A stretch of DNA of 64,000 nucleotides from an uncultured Spirochaetota bacterium. Lineage in GTDB: Bacteria; Spirochaetota; Spirochaetia; JAFGXN01. Below the pieces are notes generated by a model, which searched no databases, was not told the origin of the DNA, and saw only the letters and a list, made by a program, of their open reading frames with translations. The translations under genes and the position numbers were made by a program. Of this stretch, positions 37,321 to 48,181 are shown one piece after another (position 1 is the stretch's first letter; the number at the start of each line of letters is the position of its first letter). The stretch lies in assembly GCA_944388995.1 (NCBI GenBank), contig CALXKN010000007.1, positions 4,732 to 68,731 on the forward strand, written 5' to 3'.

Positions 37321-39528
37321 TCAGCGAAACGTAACGGACGTGACCAAAGTCAAATTTTCGGAACTGTTTCCAATCAGAATTTCATAAACCCCAGACTCTG
37401 TTATCCATCGGCTTTCTTCTGTATCGTAATAACGGAAGGAGTCTGCCGTTAAAGGCATCGAGACGGATTTTGTCTCTCCCGGTTCCAAACGGACTTTTTC
37501 AAAGCCCTTCAATTCTTTTTGAACGCGGTCAACTTTTGAATCAACGGCATGTACATAAAGCTGCACAACCTCCGCTCCAGCACAATCCCCGGTATTGGTA
37601 ACAGAAACAGTCACTTTGATTTCTTCTCCTTGAGAAAACGAAGAGCGGGAAACTTTCAGCTGATCGATTTTAAAGTCGGTATAGGACAAGCCGAATCCGA
37701 ACGGAAACTGCGCTTTTTTAGCCGCTTTATCAAGATACCGGTACCCCAAATACCTTCCTTCGGCGTAAACCATATGATCCATCCGATCATAAGAAACGGG
37801 ATCGTTTTCAAAAAGACCGAAATTCTTCGATTTCAGCATTTTCGGATCGCCTCCGAAAACCTTAAAACGCCCGACTCCCAACGGAGAAACAATGCGGTAT
37901 TTTGTATCGCGAGGCCAAACAATCAATTTATCGGGATTTTCAAGCTGTGCTGCGACGGGACCGAAATCTTCCCATTGTTTTACCATTGAAAACGGCAGCT
38001 TCCCGGAGGGATTGACATCTCCGAAAACGATATGCGCCAATGCGGCGTCCGCCCATTTTCCGGCATACCCTAAATGAATAAACCCTTTGACTTTATGAAT
38101 CCAGCTCTCCGTTTCGACACCCCCGCCATAATTACTGACAACAACCAGATTCGGATTCCATCGGGAAATTTTATCGATATCCCTCAGATTTTTTGCTTTC
38201 ATCTCCCAAGGACGGTCATTGGCCTCTCCTTCACCAAAAACCCAATATCCGGCAAAATAGAGAACCACGTCGGCTCCTTTAATAGATGCGATATCGGAAG
38301 CCGGACATTGATAAATTTTGGTTTCGCGGTCGCGGTATTTTCTGAAGCCGGAAAGCGCATTAACCGTCATCAGTCGTCCCGGGCGACCGGTAAAAACAGT
38401 GCACGCACCAACTGTTGTCGTATTTAGATAATATCCGTTCCAGCCGACCAATGCCACCCTTACCGGTTCTGTCTGCGAAACCGGCAGAATATCGTCTTCA
38501 TTTTTTAAAAGAATGATTCCTTCTTCCGCAAGGCGACAGGCGAGAGCATCATGTTCCTTCGGATTTTCTTCCAAAGCAGTATTTTTTTGCGGTCCGTCAT
38601 AAATACCGCAATCGATATAAGTTCTCAGAATACGAAACACTTTTTCATCCAACAAAGTTTCTTTATCGGGAATATTCAAAGCGGCAATTTCCTTCGGGGA
38701 AAAATACCCGCTGGAATTCGGCATCTCCAAATCCAAACCGGCCGTAAACGATCCTTCTGTAGAATAAATGGAAAGCCAATCGGAAACGACAAAACCCTTG
38801 AAACCGAGATCATTTTTCAAAACATCAGTGATTAAGCGTTTATTCTCCGCCATAGGAAAGCCGTTAACCGGATTGTACCCCGTCATAACAGCGCCGACAC
38901 CGGCTTTTACGGCCGCTTCAAAGGGTGGCAGATAAATTTCACGCAAAGTTCTTTCATCAATATCGCTGCTGACACCATGGCGATCGAAATCCTGATTGTT
39001 TGCCAAATAGTGCTTGACGCAGGCAATCACTTTTTGCCCCTGCATCGCTTTAATGTAAGAGGCCGTCATTTCAGAGCTCAGGTAGGGATCTTCGCCCATG
39101 TATTCAAAGTTGCGTCCGCAGTTTGGCATGCGGTAAATATTGACTCCAGGTCCTAAAATAATACGCTCGCCGCGCGCAACCGCCTCTTTTGCAACCGCCT
39201 CTGCCGCCAAAGCCATTGCCTCCCGGTTCCATGAAGCAGTCACCACTAATGTTGACGGGAAAGAGGTGCCGTCAAACGAGACTCCCATCGTCGAATCCTG
39301 GAAATGAACAGGTGGAAGACCCAAACGCTCAACTTCTCCCTGAACTTTCCACTCGGAACCGCGGATAAATGAAACTTTTTCATCATAAGTCATTTCATTT
39401 GTAATCAGGCGGGCTTTCTCGTCTGCGGATAAATCCAAGCTCAAAACCTCCTGAAGAAATGTTTCCTGATCAGAGTAAGATGTACAGGCAAAAACTAAAA
39501 AAACCAAAAAAAAGGCAGGAATTTTCAT
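37321..39528 (-). CDS. glycoside hydrolase family 3 beta-glucosidase (BglX-like), secreted
   Basis: Signal peptide. GH3 blocks KHYLANNQD and GFVVSDW (Asp nucleophile region). 735 aa with a C-terminal Fn3-like domain. Confidence 0.85.
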   Translation of the reverse strand: MKIPAFFLVFLVFACTSYSDQETFLQEVLSLDLSADEKARLITNEMTYDEKVSFIRGSEWKVQGEVERLGLPPVHFQDSTMGVSFDGTSFPSTLVVTASWNREAMALAAEAVAKEAVARGERIILGPGVNIYRMPNCGRNFEYMGEDPYLSSEMTASYIKAMQGQKVIACVKHYLANNQDFDRHGVSSDIDERTLREIYLPPFEAAVKAGVGAVMTGYNPVNGFPMAENKRLITDVLKNDLGFKGFVVSDWLSIYSTEGSFTAGLDLEMPNSSGYFSPKEIAALNIPDKETLLDEKVFRILRTYIDCGIYDGPQKNTALEENPKEHDALACRLAEEGIILLKNEDDILPVSQTEPVRVALVGWNGYYLNTTTVGACTVFTGRPGRLMTVNALSGFRKYRDRETKIYQCPASDIASIKGADVVLYFAGYWVFGEGEANDRPWEMKAKNLRDIDKISRWNPNLVVVSNYGGGVETESWIHKVKGFIHLGYAGKWADAALAHIVFGDVNPSGKLPFSMVKQWEDFGPVAAQLENPDKLIVWPRDTKYRIVSPLGVGRFKVFGGDPKMLKSKNFGLFENDPVSYDRMDHMVYAEGRYLGYRYLDKAAKKAQFPFGFGLSYTDFKIDQLKVSRSSFSQGEEIKVTVSVTNTGDCAGAEVVQLYVHAVDSKVDRVQKELKGFEKVRLEPGETKSVSMPLTADSFRYYDTEESRWITESGVYEILIGNSSENLTLVTSVTFR

Positions 39529-39588
39529 ACCGGGCTCCTAAAATTTTATATTGCATTCAAAACGGTTCTGCAAATCAAATCGTTCCGT

Positions 39589-40332
39589 TTACAATCTTGT
39601 CAAAATCTCCGTCCGATCGGGGAAAACGGCTACCGTGTCCTCGAAATGCGCCGAAAGCGAACCGTCGCGGGTAACGACCGTCCAGCCGTCGTCCAAAACA
39701 TCCACTTCCCACCCGCCGGCGTTAATCATCGGTTCTATGGCGATGACCATACCGCTTTTCAAACGCGGATTTTTCCCGGAGAGCGAACAGTAGTTGGGGA
39801 CCTCCGGATCTTCATGCAGCTTTAATCCGACGCCGTGTCCGCAATAATCGCGGACAACGCCGTATTTTCCCGCGCGGGAAAACACGGCCGCCGAAATATC
39901 CTTGATCCGGTTCCCGCAGACCGCCTGTCTGATTCCTTCGTCCAGACACTCCGAGGTGACATCCATCAGCCGTTTGGCTTCATTGCTGACGGTTCCGACG
40001 GGAAAAGTCCGCGCCATATCGCTGAAAAATCCGTTCAGATTGATTCCGAGATCCATACTGACGATGTCCCCGGCGCGCAGAACCCGGTTTCCGGGAATGC
40101 CGTGAATCACCTCGTCGTTGACGGAAATGCACGCCGAACCGGGGAAGCCGCCGTACCCCAAAAACGCCGGCCGGCCGCCGTGTCCGGTAATATAGCGGTA
40201 AACCCATTGATCCAACTGTTTGGTGGTAACGCCCTCCCGGATTTCCCCTTCAACTTCCCCCATTAAACGGGCCAAAAGGCGGCAGGATTTTCTGATTCCG
40301 TCAATTTCAGCTTCGGACTTGATAACAATCAC
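39589..40332 (-). CDS. map: methionine aminopeptidase type I
   Basis: Metal-ligand blocks DIVSMDLG, HGVGLKLHE and VIAIEPM. GTG start at 40332-40330 overlapping the upstream stop (GTGA). The longer ORF to 40503 is an N-terminal over-extension. Confidence 0.85.
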   Translation of the reverse strand: MIVIKSEAEIDGIRKSCRLLARLMGEVEGEIREGVTTKQLDQWVYRYITGHGGRPAFLGYGGFPGSACISVNDEVIHGIPGNRVLRAGDIVSMDLGINLNGFFSDMARTFPVGTVSNEAKRLMDVTSECLDEGIRQAVCGNRIKDISAAVFSRAGKYGVVRDYCGHGVGLKLHEDPEVPNYCSLSGKNPRLKSGMVIAIEPMINAGGWEVDVLDDGWTVVTRDGSLSAHFEDTVAVFPDRTEILTRL

Positions 40333-42005
40333 TTTTCTATCCCCGAATTCAGATAATCCAGATAAGAGATAACCTCGATATTTGCCGGATCCAAGTCGTG
40401 CGCCAAGCGGAACGATCGCGCGGCCTTTTCCCGTTCGTTCTTCATCAGATAAATCCGTCCGTAAAGAACGTGAACAGCCGCCGACAGAATGTCGTCCTCC
40501 CAATCGATATAGGAGCGCGCCGCATCCGCCTCCTTTAAGGCCCGATCCGGATAACCGAAATAAAGAGACAAAAGCGCGCAGTTGTAAAACAGCTGGTATC
40601 CCATCGGAAACGAATCAGACGAACGCTCCGCCTTTCGGGTACACGCCGAAAAGGCCTCGTAGGCGGCGTTAAAGTCCTCTTTCAGAACCGACGAAACACC
40701 TGTGTAAAAATCGATCCAGGCGCGTTCGCCGTAATCGCGGCGGCAGTGCGCCAAGAGCCGGTCCATTTCGGCCGAATCCGACAGGCCGACAAGGTACCAA
40801 AGAAAAATCCGCGGGATTTTTTCGTTGATCGCTTTATTCTTATTGTACAGATTCCACAAAACGCCGATGAACAGCTCGGGAGAAGCCGCCGTATCCGAAA
40901 AACGGTAGGCCAAAACGGCGTCAACGTTATCGGCGTCGGTCTGCAGGAAATTCTTTAAAACCGCTCTGGCTTTTTCACTCTGCCCCAAATCCATGTAATC
41001 CTGAGCCAATTTTAAATTCAGGACAGCTATATCGGGGAAGGCCGCAACTCCCTGTTCCATGTATTTCACCGCATCGGGAGAGTCTTTATAAATCCATGCC
41101 AAATTAAAATACGGGACAAAACTGTAATCAGGATAGGCATTTACAAAATCGGCATATAAAGCGGCCGCTTCGTTGACGATCCCTGTGTCCATACACAAAT
41201 CGGCCAGAAAGAGGTACCAATCGCGATTGGCTTCCATGAAAAAATCTTTATCCAGCATTTGCGCATAGGAGTACGCCTTTTCGGCATCTCCGGCGTCATA
41301 CGCCAAATAACTCCCGAGCATCGGATTCTGACTGCCGATCCGTTCATTAAACAGGTCAAAAGCTTCCCGAATTTGTCCTGAGAGAGCCAAACTCAGTATA
41401 TAATTTTTAATCAGCCTTACATCATCAGAACGCCCGATTAAATAACGGTAACCGTTCGGATCTTCGTCAACCGCTACGGAAACTGCCGCTCGGCTGAAAG
41501 AATCAAAAGAAAAGAGCGCCGGATCCGGTATATTGCCGGAGCGTAAAGCCGCTTCGGCAAAAAAAGACGGCAATACCCCGCGTTGATTGAAAGCCGTCGA
41601 AGCGGTCTCCCACGCTTTATCCGCATGGGCTGTCTTCATCAGCGCATAAACATAAAGAGAAACCGCTTCACTCTCATTCGGATAAAGGCCGACAGCCCGT
41701 TCTGTAAACGAAAGGAAATTTTCATAGCGCCCCTGTGCCGAAGCCGTCAAAAAAACCCTTTTTAAAATTTCCTTATAAACAGAAAAATCATAATCAAAAT
41801 CTTTCAAATCTTCCAGAAGACGATCCGCCTGCGCATAATATCCCTTTGCGATATGACCATCAACAGTTGAAAGCTGGTAGAGCACCTGTGATTCCGCTTT
41901 ATGCTTAATCACCGCATCGACAATGAAAACTGCGGCAAATCCCGTTATAATAAAAACAAATACGGAAACGCAGGCAACAATAAACCCTTTTTTTCTTCCC
42001 GTCAT
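40329..42005 (-). CDS. membrane-anchored TPR-repeat protein
   Basis: N-terminal TM (IVACVSVFVFIITGFAAVFIV), then multiple TPR-like repeats. 558 aa. Confidence 0.55.
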   Translation of the reverse strand: MTGRKKGFIVACVSVFVFIITGFAAVFIVDAVIKHKAESQVLYQLSTVDGHIAKGYYAQADRLLEDLKDFDYDFSVYKEILKRVFLTASAQGRYENFLSFTERAVGLYPNESEAVSLYVYALMKTAHADKAWETASTAFNQRGVLPSFFAEAALRSGNIPDPALFSFDSFSRAAVSVAVDEDPNGYRYLIGRSDDVRLIKNYILSLALSGQIREAFDLFNERIGSQNPMLGSYLAYDAGDAEKAYSYAQMLDKDFFMEANRDWYLFLADLCMDTGIVNEAAALYADFVNAYPDYSFVPYFNLAWIYKDSPDAVKYMEQGVAAFPDIAVLNLKLAQDYMDLGQSEKARAVLKNFLQTDADNVDAVLAYRFSDTAASPELFIGVLWNLYNKNKAINEKIPRIFLWYLVGLSDSAEMDRLLAHCRRDYGERAWIDFYTGVSSVLKEDFNAAYEAFSACTRKAERSSDSFPMGYQLFYNCALLSLYFGYPDRALKEADAARSYIDWEDDILSAAVHVLYGRIYLMKNEREKAARSFRLAHDLDPANIEVISYLDYLNSGIEK

Positions 42006-42409
42006 TTGAGAACCTCTCGCGATAATTTATCCAAAATCCCGTTCACGAAACGGTAGGAATCATCCGCTGAAAAATTCTTTGAAATCTCAACCGCTTCGTC
42101 AATGACAATCCGCGGAGCCAAAGGTTGCGTCTGAAACAACATTTCATAGACGGAAACCCTTAAAACAGCCAAGTCAACCTTGGCGATTCTGTCAAAATCC
42201 CGTTTATCGGAAGCCGATTCAATCAGCCGGTCGATTTCCGTTAAACGCTCAAACGCACCGCCGATCAGAAAACGGGCGAACAGAAGGCTCTCTTCCTTCA
42301 GATCGGAAGAGACCCATCTTAAATCGGAAAGCGTCCGTTCATCTTTGCGCATCTCGTAACTGTAGAGAACCTGAACGGCAATAATCCGCCCGGAATGACG
42401 AACCCCCAC
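42002..42409 (-). CDS. nusB: transcription antitermination factor NusB
   Basis: GRIIAVQVLYSYEM (ARxxAxQxLY motif). 135 aa. Confidence 0.8.
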   Translation of the reverse strand: MGVRHSGRIIAVQVLYSYEMRKDERTLSDLRWVSSDLKEESLLFARFLIGGAFERLTEIDRLIESASDKRDFDRIAKVDLAVLRVSVYEMLFQTQPLAPRIVIDEAVEISKNFSADDSYRFVNGILDKLSREVLK

Positions 42410-43443
42410 TAATCCAAATCCTCGTCAAAATATTTAATATCCGCCTCTTTCCTCAACTCTTTGCTCAATTCCTGAAGGGCGGTATTGTAATTCCCGTACA
42501 TTTTCATTGTCCGCATCTGATCTTTCACGCTGTCGCCGAAAGTGACCGACTGTTCAGGGTCGATTTTATCGTCGTACTTCGGAATGCCCGCCTCTTCTTT
42601 GGCTGTCACTTTAAACACATGATAGCCGCGCTCGGTTTCCAGGACGTCGGTAATCCCGTCAACCGGCAGCGAAAACAGAGTTTCCACAATTTTCGCATCC
42701 AGCAGCTGAAACGCTTCGCTGAAAAGAAGCCACCCCATTGCGCCGCCGTTGTACTTTGTTCCGCGGTCTTCCGAATAGGTTCTGGCGGCTTCTTCAAAAC
42801 TCATCCGGCCGGAAGAGACCTTCGTTTTTGCCTCGTCAATGACCTTCCGCGCGTTTTTTTTGTCATCCGCATTCAGCCCCGTTGTATCAATATAAATCTG
42901 GCTGACGCGCACGCGGGCCGGCAGATTCAGCGTTCCCGCATTTACCTGCCGCTGGAATTCGGCGCGCGCTTCGGCATCCGTTACTTCAGGCGGCGTCAGC
43001 GCCTCCGGCCGCTTTTTTGCCACATACTGCTTGATTTTCTCCTGATTGACAAACGCCTCTTTGATACGATCCAGCGTCATGCCGCCGTAAGTTTCCAAAT
43101 CCTTATCGGTTGCGGTACGCCGCAGCAGAGCCGACAGTTCCGCCAGCTTCTGCCTTTTAAAGGTATTAAACGACGTTTCGCTGACTTTAATTTCGTCCCG
43201 ATCGGCCGCCTGTACCAACAAAGCGACGTCAATCAACTGATCCAAAACCTCTTTTTTGGTAACGGAAAGCGCATTGTTCGACGCCTTCAGGATTTCATCA
43301 TAGCGGGCGTCAACGGAAGCGCGGGTAATCGGCTCTCTGCGGATCAATTCAACGGTTGCAACAATGTTATCGATCCGATCGGCGGCAAAAGATCCGGCCG
43401 CCGCGGAAACGGCAAGCAAAACACAAAAAACCGATTTTTTCAT
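42409..43443 (-). CDS. SurA/PrsA-like periplasmic peptidyl-prolyl isomerase (parvulin domain)
   Basis: Signal peptide. C-terminal parvulin block GGAMGWL...GYHVFKV. Confidence 0.65.
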   Translation of the reverse strand: MKKSVFCVLLAVSAAAGSFAADRIDNIVATVELIRREPITRASVDARYDEILKASNNALSVTKKEVLDQLIDVALLVQAADRDEIKVSETSFNTFKRQKLAELSALLRRTATDKDLETYGGMTLDRIKEAFVNQEKIKQYVAKKRPEALTPPEVTDAEARAEFQRQVNAGTLNLPARVRVSQIYIDTTGLNADDKKNARKVIDEAKTKVSSGRMSFEEAARTYSEDRGTKYNGGAMGWLLFSEAFQLLDAKIVETLFSLPVDGITDVLETERGYHVFKVTAKEEAGIPKYDDKIDPEQSVTFGDSVKDQMRTMKMYGNYNTALQELSKELRKEADIKYFDEDLD

Positions 43444-43465
43444 TCCGACGCCTCCGCTTCAGATT

Positions 43466-43861
43466 TTATTCTGCCGTTCCTGTCCCTGTTTCGCCCGGAA
43501 CATCCTCCGCCTCAGAGGAAGCGCCCAGATCCCGGTACTCCTGAATATCGTCGATCCATGTCCGTTCCGCCGCGCTTTGCGCATTGACTTCGGCTTCGAC
43601 TCCTTCAAGCGCCTTGGCGTCGCTGTAGCTTTTTGTGTAAACCATCATCAGCGCCAAAGAAAGAACAAAGAAGAGCACGGCCAAAATACCGGTAAAACGG
43701 GCAAGGATGTTTCCCGACTGCAGACCGACGGAAGAGTTGTTGCTTCCCCCGAAAATGCCGCCGAGTCCGTCCCCCTGCGAATCCTGCAGTAAAACAACGG
43801 CCATCAGCAGAACCGAAACGATACAAAACAAAATCAGTAAAATTACACTTAATACCGCCAT
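43466..43861 (-). CDS. secG: preprotein translocase subunit SecG with an acidic C-terminal extension
   Basis: Two TM helices flanking a Gly-rich loop (LGGIFGGSNNSSVG). Confidence 0.75.
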   Translation of the reverse strand: MAVLSVILLILFCIVSVLLMAVVLLQDSQGDGLGGIFGGSNNSSVGLQSGNILARFTGILAVLFFVLSLALMMVYTKSYSDAKALEGVEAEVNAQSAAERTWIDDIQEYRDLGASSEAEDVPGETGTGTAE

Positions 43862-43872
43862 TCAAAACTCCG

Positions 43873-44625
43873 TTATTTATCGTAATTGACAATCGGCAGG
43901 AAGGTTTCGGCTTTCAGCGAGGCTCCGCCAATCAAACCGCCGTCGATATCCGGCATCGCCATCAGCTCCTTGGCATTGCCGGCGTTCATCGAACCGCCGT
44001 ACTGAATAATCAGGTTTTCGGCGCATTTCGGGCAATACAGTTCACCGACTTTGGCGCGGGCGGCGGCATGGACTTCCTGAGCATCCTGCGGAGTTGCGGT
44101 TTTTCCGGTTCCGATAGCCCAAACCGGTTCGTAGGCAATAACCACGCGGGACAATTCTTCCGCCGTCACATCTTTCAGTCCCGCTTCAATCTGAGCGTTG
44201 ACCACTTCAATCGCCCTTCCGGCTTCCCGTTCTTCCAGGGTTTCCCCGACGCACAGAATCACCTCCAGACCGTGTGTCAGCGCCAGCTTCACCTTCTTAT
44301 TGATAATTTCATCCGTCTCGTTGTAAATCGACCGCCGTTCAGAATGTCCGAGAATCACCACCTGAACGCCGACATCTTTCAGCATCAAGACCGAAGTTTC
44401 GCCGGTGTAAGCGCCCGTTTCGGCAAACGCCATATTCTGAGCCCCGAGCAAAATCGGGGAACCGGGCAGAACCTTCGAAACGGCGTCCAGACAGGTAAAA
44501 TTGGGAGCGATCAGCACCCGGTGCGGGCAGTCCTTTACGGACTTAACCAACGATTTTGCCAACTCGACGGCCTGTGTCACCGTCAGATTCATCTTCCAGT
44601 TACCGGCAATAAAACTCTTTCTCAT
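43873..44625 (-). CDS. tpiA: triosephosphate isomerase
   Basis: IAGNWKMN, HSERR and AYEPVWAIGTGKTA motifs. Confidence 0.9.
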   Translation of the reverse strand: MRKSFIAGNWKMNLTVTQAVELAKSLVKSVKDCPHRVLIAPNFTCLDAVSKVLPGSPILLGAQNMAFAETGAYTGETSVLMLKDVGVQVVILGHSERRSIYNETDEIINKKVKLALTHGLEVILCVGETLEEREAGRAIEVVNAQIEAGLKDVTAEELSRVVIAYEPVWAIGTGKTATPQDAQEVHAAARAKVGELYCPKCAENLIIQYGGSMNAGNAKELMAMPDIDGGLIGGASLKAETFLPIVNYDK

Positions 44626-44640
44626 GTCCGAACTCCTTTC

Positions 44641-45825
44641 TCAGTCTTCCAACGCAACGATACCGGGCAGCTTCTTGCCTTCAAGGAATTCGAGAGAGGC
44701 GCCGCCTCCGGTGGAAACGTGGCTCAATTTCTTTGTCAGACCGAATTTGTTTGCCGCCGCAACGGAATCTCCGCCGCCGACAACGGTCGTTCCTTTGCAC
44801 TCCGCCACAGCCATCGCCACTTCTTTGGTTCCCTCCGCAAACTTATCGAATTCAAAAACGCCCATGGGACCGTTCCAAACAACGGTTTTTGCGGGAATAA
44901 TTGCTTCGGAAAAGAGACGGATGGTTTTGGGGCCGATATCCATTCCCATTTTATCGGCGGGAATGTTGTCGGAATCGATGGTCTCGGCATCGGCATTTTC
45001 GGAAAATTCGGAGGCAACCACATTGTCAACGGGAAGAAGCACTTTCACCCCCGCTTTTTCGGCAGCCGCCAGGAAATTTTTCGCCGTATCGATGAAGTCG
45101 TTCTCAAGCAATGATTTTCCGACCTCAAAACCCTGAGCCTTCAAAAAAGTATACGCCATACCGCCGCCGATAATAAAAGTATCGGCTGTCTTCAGCAGCG
45201 ATTCCAAAACACCGATCTTCGACGAAACTTTTGCACCGCCGACAATGGCAACAAACGGTTTTTCGGGATTCGTCAAAAGAGGAGCAAAAAACTTCACCTC
45301 TTTCTCAATCAAAAATCCGGCAGCCGACGGCAGAAGATGCGCCACGCCTTCGGTGGAAGCCTCCGCGCGGTGGGCGGTTCCGAATGCATCATTAACATAA
45401 ACCTCTCCGAGAGCCGCCAACTTCTTCGCAAACTCCGGATCGTTTTTCTTTTCTGCCTTATAATAGCGAACATTCTCCAAAAAAAGAATCTCGCCCGGTT
45501 TTAAGGCTTTCGCTGCAGCTTCCACTTTATCACCGACAACGTCGTCAATGTACTGAACCGGACGGCCCAACTTCTCACTCAGCCGTTTGGCAATCGGTTT
45601 CACGGAAAACTGCGGTTCGCGAGTTCCGTCGCCCGCCGGGCGGCCGAGGTGGCACATTACCACCAACGAGGTTCCCGGTTTGGCCAAAATATATTCAATC
45701 GTCGGCAAAGCTTCGACAATTCTGGTTTCATCCGTAATCACTCCGTCTTTGATCGGAACATTGAAATCAACGCGCAACAAAACCCGTTTGTTGTCCAAAT
45801 CCATATCTCGAACAGTTCTTAACAT
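44641..45825 (-). CDS. pgk: phosphoglycerate kinase
   Basis: RVDFNVP, HLGRP and GGGASLE motifs. 394 aa. Confidence 0.95.
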   Translation of the reverse strand: MLRTVRDMDLDNKRVLLRVDFNVPIKDGVITDETRIVEALPTIEYILAKPGTSLVVMCHLGRPAGDGTREPQFSVKPIAKRLSEKLGRPVQYIDDVVGDKVEAAAKALKPGEILFLENVRYYKAEKKNDPEFAKKLAALGEVYVNDAFGTAHRAEASTEGVAHLLPSAAGFLIEKEVKFFAPLLTNPEKPFVAIVGGAKVSSKIGVLESLLKTADTFIIGGGMAYTFLKAQGFEVGKSLLENDFIDTAKNFLAAAEKAGVKVLLPVDNVVASEFSENADAETIDSDNIPADKMGMDIGPKTIRLFSEAIIPAKTVVWNGPMGVFEFDKFAEGTKEVAMAVAECKGTTVVGGGDSVAAANKFGLTKKLSHVSTGGGASLEFLEGKKLPGIVALED

Positions 45826-45902
45826 AGGAAAATCTCCTCCGAAACAATGAAATAAAAAAGGAAATGACAGCCCCCGGAAGGAGGCTGCCGTCTCAACCGG
45901 AA

Positions 45903-46991
<1,089 letters not shown>

Positions 46992-47011
46992 TCAGGGTAT
47001 TATCTTTTAAA

Positions 47012-47040
47012 ACTATATTCGAAATGCGGGCGGTTGTCAA
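47012..47040 (-). promoter_or_regulatory. sigma70-type promoter for the gap-pgk-tpiA-secG operon: -35 TTGACA, 17-nt spacer, -10 TATAGT
   Basis: Minus-strand read TTGACA (47040-47035), 17 nt, TATAGT (47017-47012). About 40-nt leader to the gap RBS. Confidence 0.55.
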
Positions 47041-47108
47041 GAAAAAAAGAAAGCAATCGGCCGTTTTTCGTTCTTCTCCCGCCTGGGGTCTCCTCAAAAA
47101 AAAAAGAG

Positions 47109-47137
47109 TTGCCGATTTCCGTTTTCGGATTTACAAT
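47109..47137 (+). promoter_or_regulatory. possible galM promoter (-35 TTGCCG, 17 nt, -10 TACAAT)
   Basis: Hexamers visible. The predicted transcription start would fall inside the AGAGG RBS (47143-47147), so this is doubtful. Confidence 0.25.
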
Positions 47138-47155
47138 GTTACAGAGGTAAATAAA

Positions 47156-48178
47156 ATGAATCAAGGTCGTTTCTATACTTTAAAAAACAAAAACGGAACG
47201 GAAATCAAGCTGTTCGATTACGGCGCCGCGTTGGCGGGAGTCAGGGTTCCCGACAAAAACGGAAAATTTGACGATGTTGTTTTCGGCTTCGACGATTTGA
47301 AAGGATACGCCGAGTTTAACGACTTTTTCGGGTCGACAGTCGGACGGCACGCCGGAAGAATCGGCGGAGGACGCTTCGAAATCGACGGGAATGTCTTTCA
47401 GCTGGCGGTCAACAACGGAAAAAACCACCTCCACGGCGGCATCAAAGGATTCGACAAAGTTTTCTGGAACGCGCAGGAGTTGTCAACAAAAAAAGGGAAC
47501 GCCGTCAGTTTTTCATACCTGAGCCCCGACGGGGAAGAGCACTATCCCGGCAACTTAACCGTCACCACAGTCTACACGCTGACGGACGCCGACGAAATCA
47601 TCATCGATATGTACGCAGTAACGGACAAGGCTACGCCCGTCAATCTGACCAACCACACCTACTTTAACCTCTCGGGAGCCGGAAATCCGTCGATTCTCGA
47701 TCACCGGCTGAAGCTGAACTGTGACTTTTTTCTCCCCGGCGACGAAGGACTGATTCCGACGGGAGAAGTGGCGCCGGTCGACGGAACGCCGCTTGATTTC
47801 CGCGAATTCAAAGCCATCGGGAAGGAGATTGACGCCGATCATCCGTCAACGAAATTCGGCTCCGGATACGACCTGGCGTTTGTTGTCAACGGAAAAGGAA
47901 ACGAAACCGTCCACGCCGCGTCGGTCATCGACGATAAAAGCGGCCGCCGTCTCGATGTTTTCACAAACCAAAAAGCTCTCATCTTCTACACAGGCAATTT
48001 CCTGAAAGGTAATTTCAAGGCGAAGGACGGAAAAACCTACCCGAGACGCTCCGGATTCTGCCTGGAACCGGGCGCCTTTCCCGATTCGCCGAACAAACCG
48101 TGGTTTCCGGACATCATTCTGAAACCGGGCGAACTGTACCACAATCAGATCATCTTCCGTTTCGGGATCGAAAATTAA
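47156..48178 (+). CDS. galM: aldose 1-epimerase (mutarotase)
   Basis: Start at MNQGRFYTL with AGAGG RBS. Mutarotase blocks NHLHGG and FCLEPG. Confidence 0.85.
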   Translation: MNQGRFYTLKNKNGTEIKLFDYGAALAGVRVPDKNGKFDDVVFGFDDLKGYAEFNDFFGSTVGRHAGRIGGGRFEIDGNVFQLAVNNGKNHLHGGIKGFDKVFWNAQELSTKKGNAVSFSYLSPDGEEHYPGNLTVTTVYTLTDADEIIIDMYAVTDKATPVNLTNHTYFNLSGAGNPSILDHRLKLNCDFFLPGDEGLIPTGEVAPVDGTPLDFREFKAIGKEIDADHPSTKFGSGYDLAFVVNGKGNETVHAASVIDDKSGRRLDVFTNQKALIFYTGNFLKGNFKAKDGKTYPRRSGFCLEPGAFPDSPNKPWFPDIILKPGELYHNQIIFRFGIEN

Positions 48179-48181
48179 CGC

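Noticed and set aside
42619-43587. 322-aa plus-strand ORF
   Set aside because: Antisense to the SurA-like gene and secG. No motifs.
44068-45114. 348-aa plus-strand ORF
   Set aside because: It lies entirely antisense to tpiA and pgk, whose products have unmistakable motifs. This is a typical long spurious antisense ORF in GC-rich DNA.
45840-45895. Short hairpin (CAGCC...GGCTG) between gap and pgk, considered as an intra-operon attenuator
   Set aside because: Only a 5-bp stem, the A-run is separated from the stem, and the structure is not convincing.
47024-47155. N-terminal extension of the galM ORF (MRAVVKKKRK...)
   Set aside because: The extension is Lys/Arg-rich, overlaps the gap promoter region, and an internal ATG with a good RBS at 47156 gives a canonical mutarotase N-terminus.
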